Counted from the first letter of the stretch, positions 1 through 10,236 are shown. The stretch is DNA of 64,000 nucleotides from an uncultured Fibrobacterota bacterium (GCA_963753345.1 CAVWBU010000023.1:25987-89986); one strand, 5' to 3'. Numbers and translations: made by a program. The notes: a model not told the origin generated them from the letters alone.

Positions 1-1
1 C

Positions 2-253
2 AAACCTATTGCCGAAATTATATCCAACTCTGAAATCAAGACAGAGAGCGGTATTTCCGCTGGTCTTACCGTATCCTTTGGCGGTGTCGATTTGCACGTA
101 GGGAACTGTTATGTCTTCCGCTAACCCTGCACCGGCGGAGAGGATGAAACCCTTGAGGACGTCGTCGAAACCGAAAGCATTTACCGAGAAGAAGACCATC
201 AAGAGCGTTGGAAGAACGGGGTTGGAAAAGTGTTTGAGGTTCTTATTAGTCAT
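2..253 (-). CDS. N-terminal part of a secreted, probable outer-membrane beta-barrel protein (runs off the window edge)
   Basis: Hand translation from ATG at 253: MTNKNLKHFSNPVLPTLLMVFFSVNAFGFDDVLKGFILSAGAG...LDFRVGYNFGNRF. It has a signal peptide and alternating beta-strand patterns and stays open to the edge. Confidence 0.6.
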   Translation of the reverse strand, partial: MTNKNLKHFSNPVLPTLLMVFFSVNAFGFDDVLKGFILSAGAGLAEDITVPYVQIDTAKGYGKTSGNTALCLDFRVGYNFGNRF

Positions 254-373
254 TATGAGTCGTTCACTCGCGTCATCTCGTGGCAAGTCTTTTTCGTCGA
301 GAGCGGGCGCGTATAACTGACAAGATGCAATATAGGTGTCCCCACTTACCATTGGCAAATCTGTTACTTCAAA

Positions 374-403
374 ATTGCTTCGTCGCAGACTTCTCGCAAT
401 GAC
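374..403 (+). repeat. Short REP-like palindromic unit (attgcttcgtcgc...ctcgcaatgac)
   Basis: Imperfect hairpin attgc...gcaat. It resembles the widespread gattgcttcgtcgc...cctcgcaatgac intergenic repeat half. One copy in the window. Confidence 0.4.
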
Positions 404-530
404 ACGACATCCGGCCCATTCCACTTTGTATTTCTACTTCTTTGTCATTTTGTATTTCTTCAACAATCGCTCCTTGGTGCCCCCGCAAGAAGAAAAGTTA
501 CAAAGTGACAAAGAGAAGTAAGTGCATAGT

Positions 531-693
531 ACCACTGCTCTCCATGGGTGCCCCCACGCCGGTGCTTGATTCTTGCAACAGCACTCTCAAGGGGTGCACC
601 CAGGAGGGGGTAGCGGAGGACCGGCCGCGGCCATTCAGAATACTGTCTTGAAAAGTGTCGCGGCCGGGCCGGAGCGAGGGGGAAACCTCCCCC
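531..693 (+). repeat. Structured intergenic element, module B (solo copy 1)
   Basis: ctctccatgggtgccccc...ggggtgcacccaggagggggtagcggagga, then a hairpin, then gccggagcgagggggaaacctccccc. Homologous copies at about 13582, 29191, 33614 and 37459. Confidence 0.85.
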
Positions 694-730
694 GCAAAAA
701 GTCACATCTTGATAAACCATAATTACAATC

Positions 731-2170
731 TCAACCTCCCCCCTCATTCCTCGCAATGCAATCCTTCCAATATCCCTTTATCGCCTCCCACACTTCCCTG
801 CCCGATCCCGACCGGCTCACCCACACGATGCACAAATCGTCCCGGTGCCGCTTCACCCAGCGCGTGGCGATTTCCTGCTCCGGAAAGTCGGTGGGGTTGG
901 GCGGGAGCGTGCCGCCAAAGAAGAACGCCTCGAGCTCCGACTCCATGGCCGGGCCGTCGGCGTAGTCCGACGAAAACGGTCTCAGGTTTATCTTCTGGTT
1001 CTTGCGGAACCAGAACGACATGCCCCTGCCCTGCTCGGCGTGCGGCAGGAGCACCACGCAGTCGTCAAGCGGCGCGAAATCGCCCTTGCGCTCCGCGATC
1101 TCGATCTGGCTGTTGAGAACCGGCGAATGCTTTCGGATGAGGCGGTATTCGTAAATCAGGCTTTCCAGCTCCGAGCCGCACCGGTGGGTCACGAGCTGGT
1201 GGGATTCGGAGCGTATGCGGTCGAGCTTGTCCGGCGATTCGTCGGACGCGCGGAAATATCCCGAAAGCCTTCTCCTGAGGCTCGTCGCCTTGCCGATATA
1301 CAAATAGGAATTATTTTTTGCCTTGAACCCGTACACGCCCGGGCCGGCCGGCGCGTTCGCGATGTCCTCACGGGAAAACGCCTTTGACGAAAAGTCGAAC
1401 GAGAACAGCTCCTTCTGCTCCGCTTCCTCAATATCGGAGAACCGCGTGATGCCTTTTCCGCGCATTTCATCGAGCAGCCTGGAGCAGCACAGGGCGAAGC
1501 GCTCGCCGTGCCGGTAGGCATAGCCCGCGGCGGCCGGCGAGCCAAACAGGGTTATATTGCATTGGTCAAGAGAGAGTGGCCGCGGCGCCGGCCGGCCGCA
1601 GCAGGAAAAAAGCGTCCCGGCGAGCACGGCGCTGTCGGGCGCGGGCAGGCCTGCTTCGGCGGCGAGCTGTGAAAACAGCGCGTGCTGCCGCCAGGATAGA
1701 AACAGCGGCGTTCTTGCTTCACAGGCGCGAATGAGAAGGCCGGCCTTTTCCTGGCCCGGCTCCTCGGAAAACGGCGTGTCGCCCACGCTTGCGAGAAGCT
1801 CCTGTTCCTCAAAGGGAAGCGACGCCGGGTCCGCAAGCCACCGCTCGAACAGCAGTTCGGGGGCTTCGCTCACCGTCCACACGGAAACGTGCGCCGCGCG
1901 CCGGGGGTCGTTGGGCAGCACGAGAAAGTAGACCGCAGCCCAGGGGATTTCCGAAAGCGGCTTCGATGCATCGGGCGACGCGGCCGTTTCTGAAACGCGC
2001 CAGAGATTGTCTTCGCCCAACGAAAAGCGTCCATCCTTTGAAAGGATTCCCCGCATTGCGACATGCGCGAGGTTTTCGTCGGGGTTCTTGAACTTGAGGA
2101 ACTCTTGCGCCAGTACGGGCGACGGAGACGGCCCGTGCTGCCGCAGGTATGTCAGTATCTCATCGTGCAT
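731..2170 (-). CDS. GIY-YIG nuclease (UvrC/Cho N-terminal-like) fused to a degenerate N-terminal exonuclease-like region
   Basis: PAGPGVYGF...YLYIGKATSLRRRLSGYF...ELESLIYEYRLIRKHSPVLN is the UvrC-type GIY-YIG motif. Confidence 0.8.
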   Translation of the reverse strand: MHDEILTYLRQHGPSPSPVLAQEFLKFKNPDENLAHVAMRGILSKDGRFSLGEDNLWRVSETAASPDASKPLSEIPWAAVYFLVLPNDPRRAAHVSVWTVSEAPELLFERWLADPASLPFEEQELLASVGDTPFSEEPGQEKAGLLIRACEARTPLFLSWRQHALFSQLAAEAGLPAPDSAVLAGTLFSCCGRPAPRPLSLDQCNITLFGSPAAAGYAYRHGERFALCCSRLLDEMRGKGITRFSDIEEAEQKELFSFDFSSKAFSREDIANAPAGPGVYGFKAKNNSYLYIGKATSLRRRLSGYFRASDESPDKLDRIRSESHQLVTHRCGSELESLIYEYRLIRKHSPVLNSQIEIAERKGDFAPLDDCVVLLPHAEQGRGMSFWFRKNQKINLRPFSSDYADGPAMESELEAFFFGGTLPPNPTDFPEQEIATRWVKRHRDDLCIVWVSRSGSGREVWEAIKGYWKDCIARNEGGG

Positions 2171-2407
2171 GACGCGCTCTTTCCGTGAGCTGGTGACAGC
2201 ATAATAAAACTACCTTCCCGGCGTAAAATGGCGCAACAAGCCTGCCGCAAGGCAATATTCGCCTTTGTTAAGATTCCGAGGCGGGACCGGCGGGGCGTTT
2301 ACCCATTGCGCCGGAAAAGGGTTGTGCGCCGCCGCACGGGCTGTTATTTTATACACCGACCGGGACGCGGCGTGCGCTGCGTCCCGTTTCCCGACGGCAA
2401 CAACCGG

Positions 2408-3973
2408 ATGTCAACTCTCCACACCACCATCGACCGGCCCGACCTCAGGCGCTCGATCACCATCGCGTCGGCCATCATGATGTCGTCGGTGCTCCTCAGC
2501 AGGATTATGGGGCTGGTGCGCGAACAGGTGCTGTCGGGATACTGCGGTACGTCAACCGAGATGAACGCCTACGTGGCGTCGTTCATCATCCCCGAGATCC
2601 TCAACCATTTCCTGGCGGGCGGCTTCCTTTCCATCACGTTTATCCCGATTTTCCAGAAATACCTGCTGAGCGGCGAGCGCGAAAAATCGTGGCGGGTGTT
2701 CTCCAACCTCCTCACCACCGGCACCATCGCGCTTTCGGTGCTCGTCGCCCTCTCCATGATATTTACAAAGCAGATCGTCGGCCTCATGGGCCATGGCGTG
2801 CCCACCGAGCTCACGGTGCGGCTCACCCGCATCATCATGCCCGCGCAGCTCCTCTTTTACTGGGGCGCGTTCCTTCTCGCGGTCCAGTACGCGAACAACC
2901 GATTCTTCCTGCCCGCGATGCTGCCGCTCTGCTACAACGGCGGCATCATCCTCGGCGGTATCGTGCTGTACCCGATTATCGGCATCGAAGGATTTGCGTG
3001 GGGCGTTCTGGCCGGCTCGATCGTGGGGAACATCGCGTTGCAGCTGCCCGGCGCGCTCGGCGTGGGCATGCGGTACCGGTTTGTCGTTGATGTCAAGGAC
3101 AAGGACCTTTCGCGGTACGTGCTGCTCACCCTGCCGCTTATTCTGGGCCTGGGCATGACCTTTTCAAACGAGATTTTCTTCCGGTATTTCGGGTCGTTCC
3201 TCAAGGGCGGCGCGCTCGCAAGCATCAACTATTCCCTCCGCACCATGATGATTTTCGTGGGCGTGTTCGGCCAGGCCGCCGGCGTGGCGTCCTATCCGTT
3301 TCTGTCAAGGCTTGCCGCCGAGAAGAATTTCGGGGAAATGAACGATATCCTCAATTCCCTCATCCGCAAGATTTCCGCGTTCCTCATCCCCTGCTGCGGC
3401 GCGCTCATCCCGCTCTCCTCCCAGGTGATCGCCGTTTTGTACCAGCACGGCAGGTTCGACGCAGCCTCGACCGCGGCCACCGCGCCCGTGCTCGCCGTGT
3501 ACCTTGTCGGCGCGTTTCCGTTCGCCGCGAGCACCATCGTGATGAGGAGCTATTATGCGGAGCAGAAGATGATTTTCCCCATGGCGGTGAACTCGGCGGT
3601 GGCCCTGGCAAGCATCCCCTGTTACCTGGGGCTGAGCGCCGCGCTCGGCGCCATGGGCATTGCGCTCGCGTCGTCGGCCGCGATGACCGTGCAGTTCTTC
3701 ATCCTGTACTGGACATGGGAGAAGCGGCACTCCTTCTTCGCGGCGTTTTCGGAAACGCTTCTCTGCCTCGGCAAGGTCGTTGCCATTGCGGCCGGGGCGG
3801 CGGCGCTCAGCCTTGGCGTCAAGACGGTCCTCGCCCGGCACCTCGGCGGCCACTCGGTCGTTGCGAATCTCCTTCTCGCGGCCGGCGCCGGTATTCCCGC
3901 GCTCGCCGCGGCCGCCGCGGCGCTGCACGCCCTTAAGGTGGTAAACCTTCGCCGGCTTGCGAAAAGGGTTTGA
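2408..3973 (+). CDS. murJ: Lipid II flippase MurJ (MviN)
   Basis: LLSRIMGLVREQV, AYVASFIIPEIL, GFLSITFIP and LYQHGRF, with about 14 TM segments. Start moved to ATG 2408. Confidence 0.93.
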   Translation: MSTLHTTIDRPDLRRSITIASAIMMSSVLLSRIMGLVREQVLSGYCGTSTEMNAYVASFIIPEILNHFLAGGFLSITFIPIFQKYLLSGEREKSWRVFSNLLTTGTIALSVLVALSMIFTKQIVGLMGHGVPTELTVRLTRIIMPAQLLFYWGAFLLAVQYANNRFFLPAMLPLCYNGGIILGGIVLYPIIGIEGFAWGVLAGSIVGNIALQLPGALGVGMRYRFVVDVKDKDLSRYVLLTLPLILGLGMTFSNEIFFRYFGSFLKGGALASINYSLRTMMIFVGVFGQAAGVASYPFLSRLAAEKNFGEMNDILNSLIRKISAFLIPCCGALIPLSSQVIAVLYQHGRFDAASTAATAPVLAVYLVGAFPFAASTIVMRSYYAEQKMIFPMAVNSAVALASIPCYLGLSAALGAMGIALASSAAMTVQFFILYWTWEKRHSFFAAFSETLLCLGKVVAIAAGAAALSLGVKTVLARHLGGHSVVANLLLAAGAGIPALAAAAAALHALKVVNLRRLAKRV

Positions 3974-4115
3974 TACAAACTTCCAATAAAAATGTAATAT
4001 CTGTTTCACCTGCCGTGCGCAATTGTTAATTTATTACCCCTCTGCCTTACAAACGGGGAATCCGGTCTCTGTACAGTCGGGAATTGTCGCAGGAAAAGAG
4101 ACAGACGCGCCGCCC

Positions 4116-5123
4116 ATGAAACCATTTGACAGGAACAGCAGCCTTCTTTTCGCCGGCGCCGCGGCCGCATGCATATTCACCGCAGGCGTGCTCGCGCATG
4201 CAAAGAGCCCCGGCCGTAGTGACCGCGACACAATGGCGTCCCGGAACGCAGCCGCACCCGCTGCCGCGCGGCACCCGCGCGATTCGGCGCTCTTTGTTCC
4301 TGCGGCGCAATGGACAGGCAGAAAATTCCATGTGCTTTCCAAACAGAAGATGTTCCGTCAGTTCGGGTACGAGCTGTACCTGTCGAAGAACCTGGCCGCG
4401 GCCACCGGACCCCTCGACACGTCCATCGAGACCGCCAAGCACCATGTCCGATGCGACAAGTTCGCCGGCACCACCCTCGTGGCCGCCTCGGTGGAGCCCG
4501 CCGGCGACGAATTCCTTGTTTCCTTTACCCATGCGAAAACGGGCCGCACGGTGTTCGGAAAAACACACAAGGGCGCCATTGAAGGCCTCGCCTGCGAAAG
4601 CGACCTCGACAGCGCCGCAAAAAGATGGACGGGCGCGACCGTATACTCGCGTCGCGGGTTCATCAACACCGGGGACTCGTCCGCGGGTTCCTACGGGAAG
4701 ATCGCGGTGAAGATCCAGGACAGGCTCAAGGTGACCGCGGTGGTCTGGGGCCTCACGCCGCTCCCGCCCAAGCCGCTGTGGCTGCAGGTGGAAACGGCGG
4801 CGAAGGAAAAGGGGTTCATCCCCGTCGCGGTGAGCTGGACAAACACCATGACCGACAAGATCCTGCCCCAGGCTCCCTGGAACGACGAGATCTTCGAATC
4901 GAACCCGGCGGACCTTTACAAGTGGGACAGCCTCACGTGGAGCGCCGTCAACCGGCACACCATCGTAAGCGGCATGACCAAGGAGCAGGTGACCGTGAGC
5001 TGGGGCCCGCCGCACTCGGTGAACGCCGACACGGCGCGGCGGCAGTGCCCGCTGCAATGGGTGTACGGCGGCCAGTACGTGTGCTTCGACCACGATACGG
5101 TCGTTGCCATCGGCGCGCGGTAG
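4116..5123 (+). CDS. Secreted hypothetical protein with a C-terminal SmpA/OmlA-like motif
   Basis: Signal peptide; C-terminus IVSGMTKEQVTVSWGPP...QWVYGGQYVCF. Confidence 0.7.
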   Translation: MKPFDRNSSLLFAGAAAACIFTAGVLAHAKSPGRSDRDTMASRNAAAPAAARHPRDSALFVPAAQWTGRKFHVLSKQKMFRQFGYELYLSKNLAAATGPLDTSIETAKHHVRCDKFAGTTLVAASVEPAGDEFLVSFTHAKTGRTVFGKTHKGAIEGLACESDLDSAAKRWTGATVYSRRGFINTGDSSAGSYGKIAVKIQDRLKVTAVVWGLTPLPPKPLWLQVETAAKEKGFIPVAVSWTNTMTDKILPQAPWNDEIFESNPADLYKWDSLTWSAVNRHTIVSGMTKEQVTVSWGPPHSVNADTARRQCPLQWVYGGQYVCFDHDTVVAIGAR

Positions 5124-5257
5124 CCGGGCGGCCGGATGCTTTTTTGTAAACACTTCCCAAAGGGGAGAAGACCCGTAAAATTGTCCAAAATTGTTTTCCT
5201 TGCGTTGTACCAATAGTATATTTAATCAATCCACCCTAAGAAAGGAGAGGTTGTACC

Positions 5258-5542
5258 ATGGCAAGACTCAGCAAGCAGCAGCTTATCGCCCTTCAGAAGA
5301 AACTCGGGACCGACCAGGCAATAGGAGACAAGGTTGGTGTCACCCGTCAAGCGATCCATCAGCTGCGCAACAAGTTCGGCATCGACTCGCTCATTGCGAA
5401 GAATGCGGACAGAAACAAGAAGATCCTCGGCATGTACAAAGGCGGAAAGACCGGCACCGACATCGCCAAGAAGTTCGAACTGTCCGTTTCGCAGACATAC
5501 CGCATCATCAGCACGTCCGGAAAGGGAAAGAAGAGGAGATAA
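5258..5542 (+). CDS. Small basic double helix-turn-helix DNA-binding protein
   Basis: Two HTH-like motifs (DQAIGDKVGVTRQAIHQLR; GTDIAKKFELSVSQTYRII), a strong RBS (aaggagagg) and its own terminator. Confidence 0.85.
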   Translation: MARLSKQQLIALQKKLGTDQAIGDKVGVTRQAIHQLRNKFGIDSLIAKNADRNKKILGMYKGGKTGTDIAKKFELSVSQTYRIISTSGKGKKRR

Positions 5543-5572
5543 GCTTCTTTCTAAGGGATTTGTCAATATCGT

Positions 5573-5611
5573 TCCACATGGCGGGCTGTTCCGCCATGTG
5601 GATTTTTTTTT
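5573..5611 (+). terminator. Rho-independent terminator
   Basis: tccacatggcgg-gctgtt-ccgccatgtgga followed by a T9 tract. Confidence 0.85.
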
Positions 5612-5668
5612 GCCCCACTTTCCCGGGCGTAAACTATCGCAGCCGGCGCGAGTCAAGGAACGCCGCCT

Positions 5669-6508
5669 ATGCCCCTTGTGTCGGTCATCATCCCGACGTA
5701 CAACCGCGCCGCGCTGCTTGAGCGGGCGATAGGCTCGGTGCTTTGCCAGACCATGCGCGACTGGGAATGCATCGTGGTCGACGACGCGTCAACCGACGGG
5801 ACAGAAGGCGCCCTGCGGTCGCGGGGACTTCTCGCGCACGTGAAGTATGTCCGCCTGCCGCTTCACAAAGGGGTATCGGCTGCCAGAAACGCCGGCGTGG
5901 AAGCGGCCGGGGGCGCGTGGCTTGCGTTCCTGGATTCCGACGACGAGTGGCACGCCCCGAAACTGGAACGGCAGATGCGGTGGCACGAGAGGAATCCGTC
6001 GTACCGGATTTTCCAGACCAGGGAAATCTGGGTGCGGCGCGGCAGGCGCGTCAATCCCCCGGCAACGCATGAGAAGAGGCATGGATATATTTTTGAAGAC
6101 AGCCTTGCCCGGTGCATGGTGACGCCGTCGTCGGTGGTGATGGAAAAGTCGCTGTTTCGCGACGCAGGCGGGTTCAACGAGTCGTTTCCCGCCTGTGAAG
6201 ACTACGACCTGTGGCTCAAGATCACCTGCGAACACCCCGTGGGGCTGGTTGACGAATGCCTGCTCACCCGCTACGGCGGACACAGCGACCAGCTTTCCGC
6301 AACGGTGCCGGCGATTGACAGGTTCCGCATCCAGAGCATTGAGGACATTCTCGCATCCGGAAAGCTTTCGGCCGCTCAGGCGGACCTTGCGCGAACAACC
6401 CTCGTGAAGAAGGCGCGCATCATGGCGAACGGTTGCAGGAAGAGAGGAAACGGTGAGGACTACGAACGGTACTCGCGCATCGCAGGAACTCTCGCGCCTG
6501 GAGGCTGA
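5669..6508 (+). CDS. Family 2 glycosyltransferase
   Basis: VSVIIPTYNR, VVDDASTD, GVSAARN, AFLDSDD and CEDYDLWL. Confidence 0.92.
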   Translation: MPLVSVIIPTYNRAALLERAIGSVLCQTMRDWECIVVDDASTDGTEGALRSRGLLAHVKYVRLPLHKGVSAARNAGVEAAGGAWLAFLDSDDEWHAPKLERQMRWHERNPSYRIFQTREIWVRRGRRVNPPATHEKRHGYIFEDSLARCMVTPSSVVMEKSLFRDAGGFNESFPACEDYDLWLKITCEHPVGLVDECLLTRYGGHSDQLSATVPAIDRFRIQSIEDILASGKLSAAQADLARTTLVKKARIMANGCRKRGNGEDYERYSRIAGTLAPGG

Positions 6509-7454
6509 CCTCCCGCGCATTGCAGCATCGCTGCGCTTTACCCAGGTGCAACTTGACAAACTCACCTTGCCGGAAGATTTGTTCGCAAAGAACTCCGCGC
6601 CCCTTCCCGAGGCCGCCCTTCTCGTTCCGCTGGTGGTCGCGGAAGAACGCGGCGGGTATCTGATACTGGACGGATGCAAACGGTATCTCGCGATGCGGGC
6701 GCAGTGCCGGCCCGCCTGCGCGTGCGGCGTTGTCAAGGCGCCGGTTTCCGCACCCCGGGCCGGCCTGCTGCGGATCATGCTCAACCGCGGCAGGAATCTT
6801 GACATTGGCGAGCGTGTGCTCTTTTACCAATGGCTCGCCGACCGCGGGTTCGGCGACGGCACCAAGCGTCTGCTCGGCCTTGACGATAATGATGTGCACG
6901 ATTTTCAAAACATCATCTCATGTCACGATGATGTCATCGCAGCGACATCCAGAGGACGGATCAATGTCCGGAACGCCGCCGACTTCAATCTGCTTGACGA
7001 ACGAGACAGGTCCGCCTATCTGATGTTTTTCGACGGCTTGAAGCTTTCCCTTCAGACCGAGCGGGAGTTTCTTGAGTGGCTTCCCGAAACGGCCTCAACG
7101 CGGGGAATCGAGGTCCGCGACATTCTTGCGCTCCAGGAACTTTCCGCAATAAAATGCAACACGACATTGAATGATCCGCAGAAGATCCAGAAAATCCGGG
7201 CCTCCCTGCATTCCCTGCGTTATCCCCGATTCGATGCCGCGCTCAAGCAATGGAACGCGCTTGCGCAGAAGATCAATCCCGATCCTTCATCGATACATTT
7301 CGTGCCGGGCCGGTTCTTCGAAAAAGACAGGCTCGATATACGGGTCACGGCGTCAAAACCCGACCAGGCGATTAACGCATTCGAAAGCCTTCGGGAAATT
7401 TCCCGGGAAGAATGGTCGCAACTGATCCGGCCGCCGGGCACCAGCGGAACATGA
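6453..7454 (+). CDS. ParB/Srx N-terminal domain protein (start uncertain)
   Basis: PLVVAEERGGYLILDGCKRY resembles ParB box II and is followed by a helical region. Confidence 0.7.
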   Translation: MRTTNGTRASQELSRLEADLPRIAASLRFTQVQLDKLTLPEDLFAKNSAPLPEAALLVPLVVAEERGGYLILDGCKRYLAMRAQCRPACACGVVKAPVSAPRAGLLRIMLNRGRNLDIGERVLFYQWLADRGFGDGTKRLLGLDDNDVHDFQNIISCHDDVIAATSRGRINVRNAADFNLLDERDRSAYLMFFDGLKLSLQTEREFLEWLPETASTRGIEVRDILALQELSAIKCNTTLNDPQKIQKIRASLHSLRYPRFDAALKQWNALAQKINPDPSSIHFVPGRFFEKDRLDIRVTASKPDQAINAFESLREISREEWSQLIRPPGTSGT

Positions 7455-7645
7455 TGAGGTGCGCAGCAATCATATATATTATTGCTGCCTCAAACGCGTC
7501 TCCCGTTTCCGCAGGGGGAACTGACATGATCAAAAGCAGTACTCAAACAGCACGACCGGCAGGGACTCCGGCGCGCTCGTCACAAACCATCCAGTTGAAC
7601 CCTTCTTCCGCAACCGCGTTGTAACCCTTTCGATTCCAAAAGGCG

Positions 7646-7915
7646 ATGGCCATGATCCGACCAGCAATGGGACACCTGCAACTGCACGGATTTCCGGTGA
7701 TGATGGCGGGGTTCTCGGTGGTGGCGCTATGCGCGGCGTTCTTCGGGATCGGCGTCGCCGCGCATTTCATGACGCATCAGCTCCGGAGCGTGACGTACTT
7801 CTGCGCGCTGGGAGGGCTGGTCGTCTACGCGGCGGGCCGGATCCTCATCATTGTCGAAAAGAGAATGCGCAACCGCGCATCCGAGCAAAAGGACACAACC
7901 GGGGAACTGTCGTGA
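7646..7915 (+). CDS. Small two-TM membrane protein
   Basis: Two hydrophobic segments. The stop overlaps the GTG start of the next gene (GTGA coupling). Confidence 0.6.
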   Translation: MAMIRPAMGHLQLHGFPVMMAGFSVVALCAAFFGIGVAAHFMTHQLRSVTYFCALGGLVVYAAGRILIIVEKRMRNRASEQKDTTGELS

Positions 7916-8379
7916 AAATCCAGGACCTTCTGCAGAAAAACGGCATCATCACCAATCTGGATTCTCCGGACAAGAGCGCGCTGCTCACCCAGATGGCCAG
8001 GTACCTCGCCTCGCTGTACGATATCAAGGACCAGGACCTTATCGTGCGGAAGATCCTGGACAGGGAGGCAGAAGTGTCCACGGGCATCGGCTACGGCATC
8101 GCCATTCCGCATGCCCGCATAGAAGGGATAGACCGCGTCTTTATGATAGCGGGTCGGATGGTGAAAGGAATCGATTTCAACGCGATCGACGAACAGCCGG
8201 TGCACCTCGTTTTCATGATGCTCTCCCCCGCGCACGCCTCCGCCCAGTACACCCAGCTCCTTTCCTCTCTGTCAAGGATCATGTCCTACGAAGAAATCCG
8301 CATCAGCCTGATCGAAACCGAAGACCCGGAAAAATTCCTCGACGTCATAGCCCGCGGCGAAAACAAATACGTGGGGTAA
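7912..8379 (+). CDS. ptsN: PTS EIIA (Ntr/fructose-type) component
   Basis: ILDREAEVSTGIGYGIAIPHAR (phospho-His motif), plus IDFNAIDEQPVHLVF. It lies next to nitrogen regulatory genes. Confidence 0.85.
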   Translation: MKIQDLLQKNGIITNLDSPDKSALLTQMARYLASLYDIKDQDLIVRKILDREAEVSTGIGYGIAIPHARIEGIDRVFMIAGRMVKGIDFNAIDEQPVHLVFMMLSPAHASAQYTQLLSSLSRIMSYEEIRISLIETEDPEKFLDVIARGENKYVG

Positions 8380-8570
8380 CGGGCCCTGTTCCCCGCGCCT
8401 GCCGGCTTTCTGCATGCTGCGGCGCGAGGATCAAGCTGCCCGCGCTTTATCTGCCGTCATGGTTGCTTCCGATACATTTTTGTGTTTTGTTGGGCATGAG
8501 AAGGATTTTTCATTTATTTTGTGTGCTCACCGGGCCGGGCAATCCTGCCGCGTTGTAGCGGAAAACCTTC

Positions 8571-10136
8571 ATGAGCAACCCGAACGAAATAGGCTCCCAC
8601 CTCAGTTTCAACGGCCTCGCCACGCTGTACCGCATCGCCCAGCTCTTGAGCTCCGGCGGCGGCATCGAGAAGATCATGGAGGGCGTGCTTGACATACTGG
8701 AAACGCATGCGGGCATGAAGCGCGGCATGATCTCCATCCTCAACCCCGAGAATTCCGAGCTTGCCGTCGACGTGGGCCGCGGTATCTCCGAAAGCGGCAA
8801 GCAGCGCGGACGCTACCGGCTCGGCGAAGGCATTACGGGGAGGGTGGTGGCCACGGGGAGGCCCATCGCGGTTCCCAAGTTGAGGAACGAGCCCACGTTC
8901 CTTGACAAAACAGGAGCACGCAAAAACCTTAAGGACACCGACCTTGCCTTCCTCTGCGTGCCCATCAAGGCTGCGAACGACGTGGTGGGCGCGCTTTCGG
9001 TTGACAAAGTGAGCGTGGAAAGCGCGGTGACGCTTGAAGGCGAGCTGCAGTTTCTCCAGGCCGTCGCGGCCCTTGTTGCGCAGGTGGTGGTGGCCCGGCG
9101 GAGGCAGCAGGAACTGATTTCGGCCCTGGAACGCGAAAACCTCGAACTCCGCAAGACCCTCGAGGAAAAGGGCAAGCCCGACCAGATGGTGGGAAACAGC
9201 GGCTCCATGCGCGAAGTGTACCGCCAGATCGCGCAGGTCGCTCCGTCGATGACCACGGTGCTCCTTCGGGGAGAAACCGGCACGGGCAAGGAGCTTGTGG
9301 CGCGCGCCATTCACCAGAAGAGCGCCCTTTCGTCCGGACCCTTTGTGCCCGTCAACTGCGCCGCGCTTCCCGAATCGCTTCTGGAAAGCGAACTGTTCGG
9401 GCACGAAAAAGGTTCGTTTACCGGCGCGCTGTCGAAGCACATCGGCAGGTTCGAATCGGCCGACAACGGCACGCTCTTTCTTGACGAGGTCGGTGAAATG
9501 ACCATGTCGGCCCAGGGACGCCTCCTGCGTGCGATCCAGGACAAGGAAATACAGCGCGTCGGCGGCTCCGCGGCCGTCCGCGTGAATGTGCGCCTCATCT
9601 GCGCGACCAACCGCGACCTCGAGGCCGACGTGGCCGAAGGCCGCTTCCGCGAGGACCTTTACTACAGGATAAACGTCTTCACCGTCCATCTGCCCCCGCT
9701 CAGGGAGCGCGGCGCCGACGTTCTTTTGCTTGCCGACTATTTCGTCAAGAAATACGCTTTGCGGAACAAAAAAAAGATCGAGCGCATTTCCACGCCGGCC
9801 ATCGACATGCTCTCCGCGTACCATTGGCCGGGGAACGTGCGCGAACTTGAAAACGTGATCGAGCGCGCGGTCCTTGTGGCAACCGGAAACGTGATAAACG
9901 GCCACGACCTGCCGCCCACGCTCCGCATGAAAGAAGCAAACCTGCAGGGAACACGCAAGGACACCTTTGAAGCAATGGTCGCGGCGTACGAAAAGGAGCT
10001 TATCATGGAAGCGCTCAAGGACGCCCGCGGCAACCAGACAAAAGCCGCGCAGATACTCGGCACCACAAAACGTGTGGTCCAGTACAAGACCCGGAAACTC
10101 GGCGTCGACTTCCGCAGACTGCGCGGCACCGCGTAG
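8571..10136 (+). CDS. NifA-like sigma54 activator (GAF + AAA+ + Fis HTH)
   Basis: GAF segment GEGITGRVVATG; Walker A GETGTGKE; ESELFGHEKGSFTGA; LFLDEVGE; WPGNVRELEN; C-terminal HTH. Confidence 0.93.
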   Translation: MSNPNEIGSHLSFNGLATLYRIAQLLSSGGGIEKIMEGVLDILETHAGMKRGMISILNPENSELAVDVGRGISESGKQRGRYRLGEGITGRVVATGRPIAVPKLRNEPTFLDKTGARKNLKDTDLAFLCVPIKAANDVVGALSVDKVSVESAVTLEGELQFLQAVAALVAQVVVARRRQQELISALERENLELRKTLEEKGKPDQMVGNSGSMREVYRQIAQVAPSMTTVLLRGETGTGKELVARAIHQKSALSSGPFVPVNCAALPESLLESELFGHEKGSFTGALSKHIGRFESADNGTLFLDEVGEMTMSAQGRLLRAIQDKEIQRVGGSAAVRVNVRLICATNRDLEADVAEGRFREDLYYRINVFTVHLPPLRERGADVLLLADYFVKKYALRNKKKIERISTPAIDMLSAYHWPGNVRELENVIERAVLVATGNVINGHDLPPTLRMKEANLQGTRKDTFEAMVAAYEKELIMEALKDARGNQTKAAQILGTTKRVVQYKTRKLGVDFRRLRGTA

Positions 10137-10220
10137 ACCATTGGCCCGCCGATGCTTTGCATTTTCCGCATTCTTCCTGCCGACGAAATTGGAAATCCAG
10201 ATAATTAACCGCGGCGTTCA

Positions 10221-10236
10221 TGGCATGCGCCTTGCA
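10221..10236 (+). promoter_or_regulatory. sigma54 -24/-12 promoter
   Basis: TGGCATGCGCCTTGCA matches TGGCAY-N5-TTGCA, 38 nt before the 10275 ORF. Confidence 0.8.

Noticed and set aside
442-756. Short ORFs over the structured repeats (also 13546-14147, 28976-29381, 33374-33814)
   Set aside because: Reading frames are not conserved between repeat copies, so they are incidental.
6453-7454. Chromosome partition gene parB
   Set aside because: No parA or parS nearby and the arginine patch is degenerate; kept as ParB-like only.
8571-10136. Calling the activator nifA
   Set aside because: The domain architecture fits, but no nif genes are nearby and the apparent target is amtB-glnK.
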